Of a stretch of DNA of 64,000 nt, positions 62,037 to 64,000 are shown in pieces. Each line of letters opens with the position of its first letter. Within the stretch, counting starts at the first letter, position 1. This DNA comes from the human T2T-CHM13v2.0 reference genome, Homo sapiens. The position numbers and the translations under genes were made by a program. Below the pieces are notes generated by a model. The model saw only the letters and a program-made list of their open reading frames with translations. It was not told where the DNA came from and searched no databases. The stretch lies in assembly GCF_009914755.1 (NCBI RefSeq), contig NC_060939.1. One strand, written 5' to 3'.

Positions 62037-64000
62037 CTTACTTTCAGTGCCTTAAGAGCAAGGATCTTGTCTGTCTTGTTTATGGCTGTATCCCCTGCAG
62101 CCAGCACAAGATCTGGCACAAACTAAGTGTTCAATGACTATTTGTTGAATATGTAGACTAACAGGATGGCCTATTGGTTAATCAGGCTGTACATCACAGA
62201 AGTAGTGAGTCTCCTGTGAGCCTGTTGGTTGGTCTGAGGATTTGGTCAGCCTGGAGTAGGTCAGGCAGCTGTTGAGTGGGCCACTTACTCTGTGGGGTTG
62301 GTCTGTATGACTGACAAGCCAACTGCAAAGCCAGGCCAGGATGCTGGGGGGATACAAGAAGGAAAAGGCCCAGGCCTACCCCTAAGAAGATTCTTGCCCA
62401 TCTCTATTTAGAGTCTTACTGCTCCCCATTCCCTGGCCAGGAGGTGACACAGGGATGGCCTGGGGGAGTGGGGAGGCTATAGAGCCTGTCCCAAACTGGC
62501 AGCTGCTCCTCAGTAATTCTGCTGCAGGGCTTTCAAATCCCATGAACCTCACCTCGTGGCTGCAAGGCTCAGGAAGAGCCTGTGGGGGAGGCACAGAGAG
62601 GGCTTTGTGGCTTCCTCGCCACCCCACCTCCTAACCTCCCCTGACCTGGGCTCTCTGCTCATGGAAAGTCCCCCTCTGGACCTGGCTGCCTAGCCCCAGG
62701 AGACAGGCGGTAGGACACGTTGCCACTATCTGCTCTCTGCAGGGGCAGAACATGAGCCTGTACCTCTAGGGGCCACTCCTTACAACTGAAGTTGTGCCCT
62801 TCATAGACCAGGGGAAGCCCAGCTCTCTGGCTGAGGGAAGAGGCTTTGGATAGAAGCTGGATATGGGACAGTTAATCCCAGATCTCGCCAGGAACACCGC
62901 TGCTGTGGGGTCATGGATGTGGCTAGAGTCCCATGGAGTATGTGTAGGAGGGTGTCAGAGCTGCTTGTATGGAAGCAGCTGTTTGCAATAACTAGGCCAC
63001 AGCACCCAGGCCGCCAGCAATCACCGAGCTTCCATCCTGCTCACTGACAAACTCCATGACCAGGAGGCCCCACTCATGGTGACATCATCCCCTTGCACGC
63101 TGCTGAGGGAAATGAGCTCAGGACAGCCATCAGAGGCGGCCTGTTTACTTACAGGGACCCTGGCCGTCAGCAGCTATTTGACCAGACATTCCCTGTCCTG
63201 GCCAGCATGAAGCAGAAATTTCCTTAAACACATTACTTTGGCCACAACCCATTGCCTGCTCTCTTGCTTTCAATTTTTTTCAAGAGGAAAATTCCTAGTT
63301 CTGGCCCCAAGCAGAGCAGCCAGATATGGTGAGGGGCCGTCACAATGACTCCCAGAGGGCCTTTTGCAGTTTAAGTTACTCCCATCTCCAGGGTAACTCT
63401 TAGAGCTGAGAGAACATCAAACCAATTATCTGTGACCCATGTTGGGGATGGCCATTGGGGTGGCCAGCATGACCTCCAGGCAGACCCTCTCCCTGCTTCT
63501 CTCAGGGCCTCGGCCACCCTGAGCTCACTTCCAGAGAATTTCCCAACTCAGCAACCCTGGCTGCACCCTAAACCCCTCCCTCAGTCCCTCCAGGTCAGGG
63601 ATATTTTGGGAGAGCATAAGAGCTGCCAGCTTTAACAGGCTCTAGGGGATTCCCGAGATAGTCACCCCCAGCAACCCTGGCTGAGAGGCACTATCTCCGG
63701 ACCGCCCCCAACTCTCCTTGTACCTGCTGGAACTCAGCCATTCCAGAGGCCTTGAGGGCACAGGGGTCATGGAGGTCTCCTTGGTCTCTCAGGTGCTCTA
63801 TGATTCTCAGCCACCTGAGCCAGGAGCAGAGCGATGCGCTCCCAGCAATATCAATCATGGGAGGCAGACGCCCTCCGCCTGTCTGGATGTGCCCATACTG
63901 GGGCTGGTCAGGCAGGCACAGACATGTCAGGGAGCTTGAAGACTTACCTGACCCAGCTCTGCCCTGTGGCCTGATCCTATTTAGCTCAACATCCTGCCTC

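Overview
Human (primate) genomic DNA from the CLPX-CILP locus, recognised from the encoded proteins; from memory this is 15q22. The left end holds the CLPX CpG-island promoter and first coding exon (minus strand, 79 coding bp). The complete 9-exon CILP gene lies on the minus strand at about 12.1-28.8 kb: its eight coding exons splice at GT-AG sites into 3555 nt (1184 aa + stop), with a TATA box and several alternative poly(A) signals. The remaining ~35 kb has no supported coding exon. It contains most of the window's ~60 Alus, old L1M/MLT1/THE1/MER fragments, a U6 retropseudogene next to an Alu, and an intact 968-bp HERV-K(HML-2) LTR5_Hs solo LTR with a 6-bp TSD. I found no convincing new coding system; almost all small ORFs in the track are Alu-derived or antisense noise. 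The best leads are regulatory or mechanistic: the LTR5_Hs beside a TCAAGGTCA nuclear-receptor site and pointing toward CILP, Smad/AP-1 elements upstream of CILP, APA-gated 3'UTR elements, a possible stop-free CILP exon 6-8 circle, a cryptic minus-strand exon chain at the right end, and several templated-insertion or rearrangement scars. Repeat subfamily names are from memory of consensus sequences and repeat boundaries are approximate unless a TSD is quoted.
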